Part shown: positions 12,185 through 23,812 of the stretch, piece by piece
How the letters are laid out: every line of letters begins with the position of its first letter
Position numbering within the stretch: position 1 is the first letter of the stretch
NCBI RefSeq assembly: GCF_001447785.1
Contig: NW_015167062.1
Span: forward strand, 271,734 to 335,733
DNA from: Gekko japonicus
Lineage: Eukaryota
DNA: 64,000 nt
Reading direction: 5' to 3'
Notes under the pieces: model-generated
Seen by the model: the letters and a program-made list of their open reading frames with translations, nothing else
What the model was told of the DNA's origin: nothing
Databases searched by the model: none
Made by a program: the position numbers and the translations under genes

Positions 12185-13434
12185 CAGGTCTCGGTTCCTG
12201 CCGGAGCACACCGGAGGACCACTCCGGAAGTCAGGAGTCCACGGGGCGGACACATAAGCCCCGCCCCCTGCTCCCACCAGCCATCAGTTGGGACACAGTG
12301 TGGGGGGGAATGTTCCCCCGCTTCCCTGAGCCCTGGGGTGGTGGCCTTGGACTCGTAGGGGCAAATTCCACCTCTCGCGCGAGAGGTCATTCTGTCTCCC
12401 CCAGCTCTCCTTCGGGGCTCCTTAAAAAGTTATGGCCACCGCCACTCTTCTCGGCAGCAGCTGTAATGCCCACGCGGGGGCGGGGCGAAATGTTCTCCTG
12501 CCTCCCTGAGCCCCGGGGTGGTGGCCTTGGACTCGTAGGGGCAAATTCCACCTCTCGCGTGTGATGCCGCTCAGACATCACATGCTCTTGGGAGGGGCTC
12601 TTTTAAAAGTTATGGCCGCCGCCGCTGTTCTTGGCGGCAGCTGTGATGCCCACGCAAGGGGGGGGCAAAAGGTTCCCTTGCCTCCCTGAGCCCCGGGGTG
12701 GTGGCCTTGGACTCGTAGGGGCAAATTCCACCTCTCCAGTGTGATGTCAAGCGAGAGGTCATCACACGCGAGAGGTCATTCCGGCTCTCCCAGCTCTCGG
12801 GAGGGGCTCTTTAAAAAGTTATTGCCGCTGTTGCTGTTCTCGGGGGCAGATGCGATGCCCGGCGGGTGGAGGGGGCGGGGCTGGGCGAAAAGTTCTCGTG
12901 CCTCCCTGAGCCCTGGGGTGGTGGCGTTGGACTCATAGGGGCAAATTCCACCTCTCGCGCGTGATGTCATTCTGGCTCCCCCAGCTGTCCTTAGGGGCTC
13001 TTTAAAAAGTTATGGTCCCCGCCTCCTCCACTTTCGGAGGCAGCTGCAACCACCACGGGGGGGTGGGGGAGGACTGCTGAGCTGCCCTTCCCTCCTTTTT
13101 CTGGCTCCACACTAGAACACCGGGCCTGAAAAAGGGCCAGCCAAATGTCAGTTTCGGCCCCTTTATATCCTATGGGCCATTGAAGTCAATGGTAAAAATA
13201 TAGGGTATATTCTGGGGGCTGGAGAGGAGGGAGTTTGAGGGATAGGCTCCAAACTCTCAGGGTAGCTGCTGGAGCCTCTCCCAAAAATACCAACCAGGTT
13301 AGAAGAACATTGGATCAGGGGGTCCAAGTCTACAGGCCCCCAAACAGGTTGCCCCTATCCTCTCTATTGTTCTCTATGATGGGGAAAAAGTAACTTTTCC
13401 CCCACCATAGAGAACAATGAAGGGGATGGGGGCA
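12185..13434. mobile_element. GC-rich non-autonomous DNA transposon with an internal tandem array, running into an assembly gap
   Basis: Starts cagg... and contains the tandem array plus a hairpin attgttctctatgatggggaaaaagt/acttttcccccaccatagagaacaat at 13366-13418. Confidence 0.5.
12300..13030. repeat. Tandem repeat, ~4 units, spacing 180/180/220 bp
   Basis: Core c(c/t)tccctgagccc(c/t)ggggtggtggc(c/g)ttggactc(g/a)taggggcaaattccacctctc at 12321, 12501, 12681 and 12901. Confidence 0.95.
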
Positions 13435-13558
13435 NNNNNNNNNNNNNNNNNNNNNNNNNNNNNNNNNNNNNNNNNNNNNNNNNNNNNNNNNNNNNNNNNN
13501 NNNNNNNNNNNNNNNNNNNNNNNNNNNNNNNNNNNNNNNNNNNNNNNNNNNNNNNNNN
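13435..13558. other. Assembly gap (N); further gaps at 17673-17724, 25880-25913 and 39413-39462
   Basis: N runs. Confidence 1.
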
Positions 13559-14174
13559 GGCTTGCTCGGGCTCCCCGAGCAAACCAAGGCAAGGGAAGGT
13601 GGCAGAGCAGCTGGAGACATTGAGCCTCAGCTCCACAAGTAATGAGCACTCGAGCCCCGCCCCCAGCAGCCCTCAGGCTGGAGCACCTGGAGCAGTCTTG
13701 GGAGGCGGATTGGCAAAAAGCAAAACCAAAAGCGCAGGAACTTGAGAGAACTCCAGGAATGGAGCCGGTTCCTCTTCCACAGCCCAAAATGCGACCCACG
13801 AACCCTGAGCTTGCTTTTTCTCATTTGCGAGTCTGGCCTCCGCACTCCTTTAACGAGGCAGCCCTGAAGCTTGGGGTGGCGGGAGTTTCTTTGTATGCAG
13901 CTTGTGCGACTGGCTGAGTGCCTCTTCTGCTTGCCCACCTCTCGCCTCTGCACCTCATCTTCTGCCAGGCATGGAGGAGCCCAGCTCGCCCAGGCTTCTT
14001 GCCTCCTGCTGCCTTGGCCCTCTGGTGCATGGGTGAGTCCCCAAAGTTTGACTCTTCCTCTACAAGTCTCTGGCGCTGGAGGTATTCGCCTCCTTTCCTC
14101 CTGCCTGCTATGGCTGCATAATTGTGAGGGATTTCTTAACATAGTGTTCCTGCCAGGGAAGCTGGGGACCCTGC

Positions 14175-14335
14175 CCATGAGTCTCCATTTCATCCTCACA
14201 ACAACCCTGTGGGGTAGGTTAGGTAGAGAAGGGGAGATTTGGCCCGGGGTCACTCAGCCAGCAGAGTGAGAATACAAACCTGGGTCTCCCCACATCAATC
14301 TGCAACTCTGACCACTGTGCAGTGCTGCCTCTACT
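14175..14335 (-). mobile_element. tRNA-derived SINE (Squam3/MIR-like)
   Basis: catcctcacaacaaccctgtggggtaggttagg, the reverse complement of the SINE core. Confidence 0.65.
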
Positions 14336-14599
14336 GATCTGTAAGGTTCCAGAGGTGTTGTAATACTCAGTTTCTCAAACGAGTGTATGCCTGTCTGTTG
14401 GTCCACTTAGGAGTTTTGATCCTGGTTGTGTGGTGGGCTAGTTGTGGCAAATGGTAGGGAAGCTCAGCATTTCTGTATACAGTTGTAGGGGCTTTATTGC
14501 AATGTGCTATGGCCTGATATTACGTTCTTATTCCGGTGTGGGGTGTGTGGGGCGCAATGGAAGCTGAGTGATAGGGGGTGATTTCCCACAAGCGCTGCT

Positions 14600-15050
14600 C
14601 TACACTCACTCCTCCCTTTTGCCCTGATGGTACGTGTCAATTGTGTGGAAATCACTGCAAACCAGGATCCTAGCATAAATCAAGCAATTGCATCAAAGAT
14701 AGGATAATTTACATATCAGAAATCATAATACCATTGTTGGAGAATAAGCAAGCATTTCTCTCCACATTTTAATAATGCTAAGTGATATAAACATTTATGC
14801 TAATATAGTGGAGTCTTTCTGAATCATACAAAAACTCAGAGGCCAATTTCCATTAACTGAGTTGGTGGATTATCTTGCAAACAAATAAACAATGCTGAAG
14901 CAAAGCAACTGTGTGTTGCAATGTATTCTGCTCACATACCCTGACAATTACAGCCTCATTTTAATTATTGATGGTAATTCATAATGCACTAGTAAATGTT
15001 TGGGAGCATATTTTGCACAAATAGTAATCATGTAGAGAGATATCGAGAAA
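14600..15050. promoter_or_regulatory. Candidate conserved non-coding element
   Basis: Unique AT-rich block dense in TAAT/ATTA, TGACA and TAAACA motifs. Confidence 0.4.
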
Positions 15051-16243
15051 GAGTTCAACTTTCAGAACTTTCTCTTGATGAGGCTAGGTTGCTTTTGTTG
15101 TTGTTGTTGTTCAATTTCTCTGTAACTAGGGTCTTTTATAAGTAACTAGAGATGGGCACAAACTGGGAAAACGTGGTTTGTGATGTTCATAGTTAGTGGC
15201 GTGCCCAGTTGGGAGTCATATTATCATTGCTAGGTCACCCCTGGCCACTGGTGGGGGATGAAGAGGAAGGGTTGCCAGGTCCAGGTTGGGGGAATTCCTG
15301 GAGATTTGAGGGTGGAACCTGGGGAGGACAGGGACCTCAGTGCGGTACAATGCTATACAGTCCATCCTCCAAAGCATCTATTTTCTCCAGGGAAACTGAT
15401 CTCTGTAGTCTGGAGATGAGCTGTAATTCCAGGGGTGCCACCTGGAGGCTGGCATCCCTAGGGCAAATTCAGATGGCTGCCCTTGTTGAGCTTCCACTGT
15501 AAACTCAGGCCCTGTCAGGAATAGGGCTCCCAGCCTATGTATAGCTTTGCATTATTTTTTGCTAATGATAATGTTTATCTTTGTCATTAGATATAGAAAT
15601 TTCAATGTTATGCATTCTGACAAAGTTTGTGAATGAAACAAGACTTGATATTGCATAGTATGTTAGTGTTGACCGTGTCATTGTGAATGATTTTTGAGAG
15701 ACTGATCTGCTCCAAGTAAACTGGATATTGGATAAGAACTTTGGATATATATATTTTTGGCATAATACTTCATGGTTGTTCTGCTTATTTCCACTGCCCA
15801 TCCTGTGATCTCTCTTTTTGGTTTGCAGCCCCCAAATCTGGGCAGGGTTTCCCCCACTTTGGGGGGCTCCAAGTTGCCCCCAGCCAGTTGGTCAGCTGGG
15901 GAAGCCCAACCCCCAAGAGCAACCAACTGCCCAGCCACCCCTCTCCCTCCCCTCCTGCCAGATTTAAAGGGCTTTAGCTGATCAGCGGGGACCACATGGC
16001 CTGCTGATCAGCTGGAGGGCCCTTTAGCAGGAGGGAGGGAGAGGGGCAGTCACAGGCCACACACTCGGCTCACAAAAAGACCCTTTCAAGGGGGAGAGAG
16101 GGGTGGTCAAGTGGCTGGCTGCCCTTGGGCCTGGGGTTTGGGGGCATCCCTGCCCACCTTGGAATGCCCCAAATATCCCCACTTGAGCAATGAGGGGAAC
16201 TGGCATCCCTAGTCAGGAATCACATGGGGGGCCATTTGGAAAA

Positions 16244-17672
16244 CCCAATACACCCTTCCAGGATTTTATAATCCTGCCCTCAGGGACATTATCAACAAGT
16301 CCTTCTATGAGGGGCTGTTCCCAGGGGCACTCAGGGAAGCGATGGTCTGCCCTCTCCTGAAAAAAAGTCACTGGATCCAGCTGAATTGGCTAACTATCGG
16401 CCGGTCTCCAATTTGCCCTATTTGCGTGGCCATTGCACCACACGGTCAGGCGAAGTGACCGAGCTTCGCTCTCAGGAACAATGGGACATGCGGATCCTAG
16501 CCGGCACCTATCGGCAGGCTAGGCTCCTGGCCGAGAGCCTATGGAACTCTCGGCCACTGTAAATAGCCAATCACTTGTGCGTGTGCGTGTTTGGGGAGCA
16601 GGGTTTGTGCATATATAAACCAGCCTGCGAGCTGGTTACTCTCATCTTGTTCTGAGCTGAAATAAAGTATGAGAGCTGAAATCACTAGTAAGTCTCAGTA
16701 CTTTTCAGAGACAGCACTGGTTGCTCTCACAGAAGACCTCCGAAGGCATCTGGATCAAGGCGGTACGGCAGTACTGGTGCTGGTGGATCTGTCGGCAACA
16801 TTTGACACCATCGACCACCAATTACTGATCCACCGCTTCACTGACACTGGAATCCAAGGGCTGGCCTTGCAATGGCTTGTCTCCTTTCTACAGGGTCGGG
16901 GACAGAGGGTGGCATTAGGGGAGCATACAGGGGAGCTGTGCAGGGTGCCTCAAGGGGCGGTGTTATCCCCGATGTTGTTTAACATCTACATGCACCCCCT
17001 TGCCCAGATTGTCTGGTGGCATGGGCTGGGGTGTCATCAGTACTCTGATGACACCCAGCTATATTTGTTGTTGGGCGGCTGGTCCGACTCCAGCCCAGAT
17101 GACCTCAAGTGGGCGCTTCAGGATGTGGCGGGCTGGCTTAGACTAAGCCGATTGAAATTGAATTGAATGAAGATGGAGGTCCTGTGCCTGAGTTGGAGCA
17201 GGTCGGGGGTAGGGATCCCACTACTGACCTTCGGTGGGGTGCCATTGGTGCCAGCGCCGAGGGTTAGGAGTCTGGGAGAGCTCCTGGATCCCTCCCTTAC
17301 CACGGAGGCCCAGGTAGCAGCCACTGCCAAGGTGGCCTTTTACCATCTACAGCTGATTAGGCAGTTGGTTCCCTTCCTCAAATGCAATGACCTAGCAACA
17401 GTGATCCATTCAATGGTCACCTTGAGATTAGACTACTGCAACACTCTCTACATGGGGCTGCCCTTGTCCCAGATCCAGAGGCTGCAGCTAGTACAGAATG
17501 CCGCAACCAGGCTGCTGATGGGTCTCTCTACATGGGACCACGTACAGCCTGTGTTGAGGACACTGCACTGGCTGCCTATAGCGTACCGGATTCGGTTCAA
17601 GGTGCTGGTTTTAACCTTTAAAGCCCTATATGGTCAGGGGCCTGCCTACGTGAGGGACTGCCTTTCCCCACA
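16244..17672 (+). mobile_element. L2-clade LINE fragment interrupted at 16425-16707
   Basis: NYRPVSNLP upstream, then ETALVALTEDL, VDLSATFDTIDH, VPQGAVLSPMLFNIY, YSDDTQLY, RLDYCN and LHWLPIAYRIRFK. Same subfamily as 150-1513. Confidence 0.93.
16425..16707 (+). mobile_element. Young LTR-like insert (U3-R-U5 signals)
   Basis: CCAAT 16567, TATATAAA 16612, AATAAA 16661, ends in CA, CpGs retained. It replaces part of the host L2. Confidence 0.6.
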
Positions 17673-17770
17673 NNNNNNNNNNNNNNNNNNNNNNNNNNNN
17701 NNNNNNNNNNNNNNNNNNNNNNNNCGGCATTCTGTGCCTCCTGAAGCTTATTCAGCCCTTATTCAGCCCT

Positions 17771-18062
17771 TGAGAGCCAGTTTGGTGTAGTGGTTAAGTG
17801 CGCGGATTCTAATCTGTGAGAACCGGGTTTGATTCCCCACTCCTCCACTTGCACCTGGCTGGATGACCTTGGGCAAGCCGTAGTTCTGATAAGAGCTGTT
17901 CTTGAAAAAGAGCAGTTTCTGTCAAGAGCTCTCTCAGCTCCACCTACCTCACAGGGTGTCTGTTGTGGGGAGGGGAAGGGAAAGGAGTTTGGAAGCCACT
18001 CCGAGACACCTTTGGGTAGTGAAAGGCGGGGTATAAATTCAATCTCTTCTTCTTCTTCTTTT
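17771..18062 (+). mobile_element. Squam3-type tRNA SINE with (TTC)n tail
   Basis: gagagccagtttggtgtagtggttaag (A box), ggtttgattccc (B box), tail tcttcttcttcttc. Confidence 0.9.
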
Positions 18063-19508
18063 CCCCACACACACACATGCACATACACCATATTTATTTA
18101 GGTTAATGTATAAAGTTGTACTTTTCTGGTTCTTGTGGGTGTCCTAGATATGCTGATGTTCACGATGCTAATGGGTGACAGCCCCTCTACTATTAGAAAT
18201 AATGGCAACATTCATTCCATGGCTTTACCTAATGTGAAATGTCAGGGTGAATTTGTAAGTCCATGTTCAAGCAAACCCCAAGGGAGAGAAAAAGTAGTGA
18301 AATTTCTCAGCAGGAGTTTACACATCCCTAACGTTGCCATCTGTAAAACAGCAGGGCTATCTCATGGGGGTTGTTGTGAAGGAAAAGAAGAAAGACTGTA
18401 AGAATATTTAACACATTAAAAATACTCAATGCTGTTTACTTTGAATGTGGGATGATGGGTCGCAGAAAGCTATATGATGCTATTTTTACCTCTGTGTAAA
18501 TAAAATGGGCCATAAAGCAGTTGAGTTCTACATCTGATAACAAACACATTCTTATCGCCTTCCTTTGTATTACTGTGTCAATGCACATTACCTTTGCTGT
18601 GCTGTACCTTGAAATAACTGTAATTAGTGAGATTAAAATGGAAACAGATTTGAGTTAGCAGCAATTTTAGAATTCATAAAGGTCAAGGGAAACACTGGGA
18701 GAGAGGCTATGATAAACCAGTATGCAAAACACTCAGGATTACACAAGGCAAAATTAAAGCATTTATCAAAAGAAGTGCATTCAAATCTTAAAAATAGCAG
18801 AAGGCCTGTTTAACATTTAGTACAATAGGTTTTATAACACTGCAGTAGCAGACTCTGATAGCATCTGCCTTTCATACAGTACCTATAGGAGACTGAGCAG
18901 TATTTTTTCAGTACACGTAATATATAACTTGATCTCCCAGTGCTTTTTATCTGTTGGAGGGGGGATGGTGATGATTTAAAAAACTGACACCATGACCCAG
19001 ATATTTTTTTATAGTGTACAACTTTAAAAAAAAAGTAAGAAAGCATTTGTAAGAGCATATGGGGACAATGGCCCCTCAGGAATAAGTTGTTTCCCCTCTC
19101 TGAATTTCCAGACCCCCCTTTTAAAAATAACATCTAGCCCTTTTAGTTGTGGATGTACAAGATAAAAGGCACAAAGTTTGTCTCACGATTGCCTGAGAAG
19201 GAGTGGGGGAGGGGAAGCACCCAGACAGTTGCAAACTGCTGAATTGTAACTGATAATGAAACTCAAGACAAGCATCCTCCTGTACAGAATCAAGACCTAG
19301 GTTTTCTGTATCATTACCAATGTTGATTTCTCCATGCCTATTACCTTGCTGCATAGCACACCTAATCCAATCAGGAGGTAATTAGATTAACTTTAATTCA
19401 ATCAATTTTAGTTAGGTTAACTGTCCCCTAAAAAATTTAATGACCCCCAAAGGGAAAAAAAAATCCTGGCTATGGGCCTGATCTGAAATCACTCTATTCT
19501 ACAAGATA

Positions 19509-20612
19509 TAAGGATGGGCACAAACTGGTCCCATGAACCATGAACTGAGATCAACCTCCCCCAGTTTGCAAATTGGGTTGGTTTGTGAGGTTCGCAGATC
19601 TTCCCTCCCTCCTTTTTGCTTGTGGTGCCTCCTTGAGGCCAACAGAATAGAAGGGAAGGAGATCTTACAAAAGCCATTTAAAGGGAACATTCCATTAATG
19701 TGTTCCAAATTTTGCAAGCGGCCACTTTGTGCATGTAAAATCCAAGCAGTGAGTTCACTTCCTGGTGAACTCACTGTTGGACTTCACTCGGCCATGGCAC
19801 CTGCTTGCAAAAGCCATTTAAAAGGAATATTTCCTTTAAATGGCTTTTGCAAGCCATTTCAGCAATCCCTTGGAAGCAGAGGGGAGAGAAAGTGGTTGCT
19901 GAAATACTGGAATAACTTGCAAAAAGCAATTTAAAGGGGGGGTTTTCACAAGTCATTTCAGATATTCCTTTCGCTCCTACCCACTTCCAAGCAGGGGGAG
20001 TGGAAGGGATCGTTGTAATGCCTTCTCAGTTTACCCACTGAGTCACGCTGCTGCAGTGAAGCAACTCAGCCAGTCAACTGAGAAGGCATTTAAATGCCTT
20101 CCAAGTTGCAAGTCATTTCAGCGATCCCTTTCACTCCCCCCCCCGGCTTGGAAGCGAGGGCGAAGTGAAAGAGATTGCTGAAATGCTGAAATGGCTTCCA
20201 AATGGGGGGGAGTGAAAGGGATTGCTGAAATGGCTTCCAACTGGGAAGGCATCTAAATGCCTTCTCAGTTGACTTGCTGAGAAGGCATTTCACTGCTACA
20301 GCAGTGGTGGCATGGCTTGCAAAAACCATTTAAGAGATCCCTTTAAATGGTTTTTGCAAACCACGCAGCAGTTGTGGTGTGGCTTAGAGAAGGCATTTAA
20401 AGAGACCGTGGTCTCTTTAAATGCTTTCTCCAGCCCCCTCCACTGGCCCCAGCATGTCTGCCAAAATGAACCACACAAACCCACCTGGAAGGTTCATGGG
20501 AGGTTTGTGTGGCTCATGAGGGCGGGATGCCATGAACCAAGGTTGGCAAACCATGAACCAGGGCCAGTTCATAATGAATTTCAGTTTGTAATTCAATTTG
20601 TGCCGATCCCTA
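19509..20612. mobile_element. Non-autonomous hAT element with internal palindromic subrepeats
   Basis: TIRs taaggatgggcacaaa / tttgtgccgatcccta. Internal hairpins such as ttgcaaaagccatttaaa...tttaaatggcttttgcaa at 19806-19852, and repeated aggcatttaaatgcct. Confidence 0.75.
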
Positions 20613-20634
20613 ATAAGGACAAATGGACTCACAT

Positions 20635-20775
20635 TCTTGCTGTATCTGAAGAAGTGAGCTGTGACTCACAAAAGCTCATACCCTGCCACAATTTGTTTTA
20701 GCCTTTAAGTTGCTAGTGGACTCTTGCTCTTTTCTATAGCTACACACAGACTAACATGGCTACCCAGCTTGATCT
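20635..20775 (+). mobile_element. Penelope-like element terminal fragment with degenerate hammerhead ribozyme
   Basis: ctgaaga-a-gtgag-ctgtga-ctcac-(a)aaa-gctca at 20646-20678. Confidence 0.7.
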
Positions 20776-21163
20776 AGCTGCATCTGAGTTAGTTTTCTAA
20801 TTACTGACCAAATTCACTGTAATCTGTTCTGTATCACAAGCTTTGCCTCCTGGGCTGTTTGCTTCTTTCCCGTTTGCTTCATTTGTCTTTAATATTTGCA
20901 GTGACAAGTGAGATTATTGTGCAGAAAATTGGATTGAGAGTTACACTATTGGGGAGGTTGCCTCCTCAGTCTGCAGTCGTGAAGTTGCCTCAGGAGGAGG
21001 TGGGGCCATGGAAAAGGGGGCAAGAGCAGAATGAGTGTCCAGTTTCATTCAGTTTATTTAAAAGAATGTTGGCATCTGAGCAAGTACAAAAAACCTTGCA
21101 TTCACTAGTGATTGCCCACTATTAAGCTCCTCTCCTCACTTCTCCTAAATCTGGGATTGGGAG

Positions 21164-22256
21164 CAGGGCTGGCTTGCTCACTAGGTGAACTAGACTTTCA
21201 CCCAGAGCACAAAGCCATCATGGGGCGCCGGGCTGGGGGCCCACATTCCCTCCCTCCGTTGCCCACTGCCGTGCACATGTGCCTCATCTGCTGGCCCCGA
21301 GCAACTGTGCCGTTGCTCCCTGCCACCTGGCCAAGCCAAGCGCCCTGGCCAGCCTCCCTCCCTCCTTCCCGCCATGGCTGCCATGGCCTGCCTACTCCAT
21401 CGAGCGCCAAGGCGCCCCAACCCTCTGGCTCCCTGCTGCCTGGCATGTGAAGAAGGCCACCAAACCCTCTCAGGTGACGACCTGAGGAGGTGAGGGGGAC
21501 TGAAGTGCTGGGGGGGAGGGGTCCACCCACCCTCTTTAGCTTGCCGCATGGGAGAGTCCTCCTGCTCAGTGCCACGGCCGGTGGGGGCAAGGGGAGGCTA
21601 GTCCTCCTCAACCCTCCTGCCGCTGCTGCTCTCCCAAGAGGGGAGGAAGGACCCCCTGGCAGGATCTGCCCAGAGCCGGTCCCTCTCGCCCAGCAGCAGC
21701 CTCCCACTTCGCCCTGCACCCTGGCTGGGGCCTTGCACTCAGGTGCCGATGGCCCTCCTCCTTCTCCTCTCATGGGCAGCAACTCCCCCCAGGTACCCCC
21801 TTCCCACACAGGCTCACCCTCCCCCTTCTCAGGCCCCACGAGGGAGGGAGGGGGAGAGAGAGAGGGCTGCCTCCTGGCCGAACCTCTCCGAGAGCGTGGC
21901 CCCCAGCCAAGTGGGGCTGGGAGCCCGGGCGCCACCTGCCCCCCCAGTTCTCATCTGGATTTCCCATCTCTCCTTCTCCACGCCCACGGTTGCTGACTCA
22001 AGTCCAGTTTGGGGATTTCCCAGAGATCTGAAGGTGGCAGTGGGGAGGGGAGGGAGCTTGGTGGGGCAGAACATCACCCAGTCCCACCCTCCCCAAGTGG
22101 CCCCTTTCTTCTGGAGAGCGGTTGTGATTCCGGGAGGTCTCCAGGCCACGGCTGGAAGTTGGCACCGGTGCAGGGCCCCTCCCCCACCCTTGAAAATTGG
22201 GGAGGCACCAGAAAGGATCCTCGCCTAGGGTGCAAAATAAGCTGGGGCCGGCCCTG
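21164..22256 (+). mobile_element. Non-autonomous hAT element with GC-rich cargo
   Basis: TIRs cagggctggc / gccggccctg and a perfect 8-bp TSD ATTGGGAG (21156-21163, 22257-22264). Confidence 0.9.
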
Positions 22257-23499
22257 ATTGGGAGTAAAGGACTGCAATGGCTTAATAGCCAGGCAGGTTT
22301 AAATGCCAGAACCTCTCAGCAGAGACAAAAGAGAAGTGCTTCTGTTCAGAAGAACAAAGAGGATGAGAGGGTCTTAATATCCAGGGCATCTTAAATCTCA
22401 CAGCATCTCACAGAGAAAAATGTGAATGTGGGGTCTCTTCGACTGCTGTTTTGCAGAGCCATTTCTTCCTACAAACCATATTCCCTGCTTTATAAAACTA
22501 CTAAAATGTCTCCAGATCCAGAGCTTAGAGGTTTTGTTATTGTCTTCTCTTCCTTGCAGTCGTCTTTAAATCTTCCATATCCTTATCACCTCTTACATCC
22601 TAGATGCATCGGGTTCTATCCCTACCCCTACCCCCCTTCTTTGGGGTGTTGCTGTTTTTATATTACCTTTATTGTGTTGATTTCATTACATTTTAGATGT
22701 TTTACTGCTGTTTTTAAGCTGCTGTGGCTGTTTTTTTAATTATCAGTTGGTTTTGTGGCTATTCTGTCACTAACTACAGATGTTTTATTGCGCTTTTTGC
22801 ATTGTCTTCTTTATACATTTGAAGCTGCCTTGGGAACCTCTTGACACAAAGCTGCAGGATAAAAATAATTTAAATAAATAATCCGTTGTTGCCAATGTCT
22901 CCAAGGTGGACCCTTTCTGATGTGTTCTGGGTGACAAAACCCTTGTGTGTGATTTTGGGGGGGCCCTTTTTTAACTGTATTATCTCTTTCTCCCCACTGG
23001 CCTTCCCTCCTGCCGTGTCTTCCCACCCTCTAAAGTCAGTTCAGAACATGCCTATATCATCCCATCTTTTCCACTCCCTCCCATCATTCTCTGATTAGGT
23101 CACTTTCCCCCTCAGCTCCCTATACTTGACCAGCATTTTGCATTCAAACCAAGTATCTAATTCTCACTATGATGACATCTTCCTCCCCTGAATATTTCTG
23201 TGGTTTCATTCCTTCACACAGGTTCTTGTTCTGTCTTTAAATCATTTCTCCCCACTGTTGCCCTGCAAGGATCTTATAACACTCTCATGGATTTATGAAC
23301 CATAATTAATAAGTGGACTGTGCAATAAGTGTGCCAAGGGAATTGACTGTGTGGTGACCATGCACTGATGCCAGCTACCTGGACTGCAGACACATGCCCA
23401 GTTGAGGAAAATCTCTTCCTGAGACGATGTGCCAGACCAAGAGTGGATCCATGGGTTACCTACCACCAGCAGGGAGGGAGCCAAGCACCCTAGCCACGA

Positions 23500-23812
23500 G
23501 AAGAAGAAGAAAAAGAAGAAGAGTAGGAGGAGGAAGAGGAGGAGGAGATTGGATTTATACCCCACCCTTCACTACCCAAAGGAGTCTCAGAGCGGCTTAC
23601 AAACTCCTTTCCCTTCCCCTCCCCACAACAGACACCCTGTGAGGTAGGTGGAGCTGAGAGAGCTCTGACAGAAATTGCTCTTTTTCAAGAACAGCTGTGC
23701 AAGAACTATGGCTTGCTCAAGGTCATCCAGCAGGTGCAAGTGGAGGAGTGGGGAATCAAACCCGGTTCTCTCAGATTAGAGTCTGCACACTTAATCACTA
23801 CACCAAACTGGT
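23500..23812 (-). mobile_element. Squam3-type SINE
   Basis: Reverse complement of 17771-18062 with a (GAA/GGA)n tail. Confidence 0.9.

Noticed and set aside
12300-13030. CRISPR-like repeat/spacer array
   Set aside because: The inter-core segments are homologous to each other, the period is 180 bp, the context is eukaryotic, and there are no cas genes.
17771-17845. tRNA gene
   Set aside because: The A/B boxes belong to a SINE head that continues into a SINE body and tail.
21198-21935. 245-aa minus-strand ORF as a CDS
   Set aside because: Lies inside a TSD-flanked transposon, is G/P/R-biased as expected from GC content, and has no recognisable domain.
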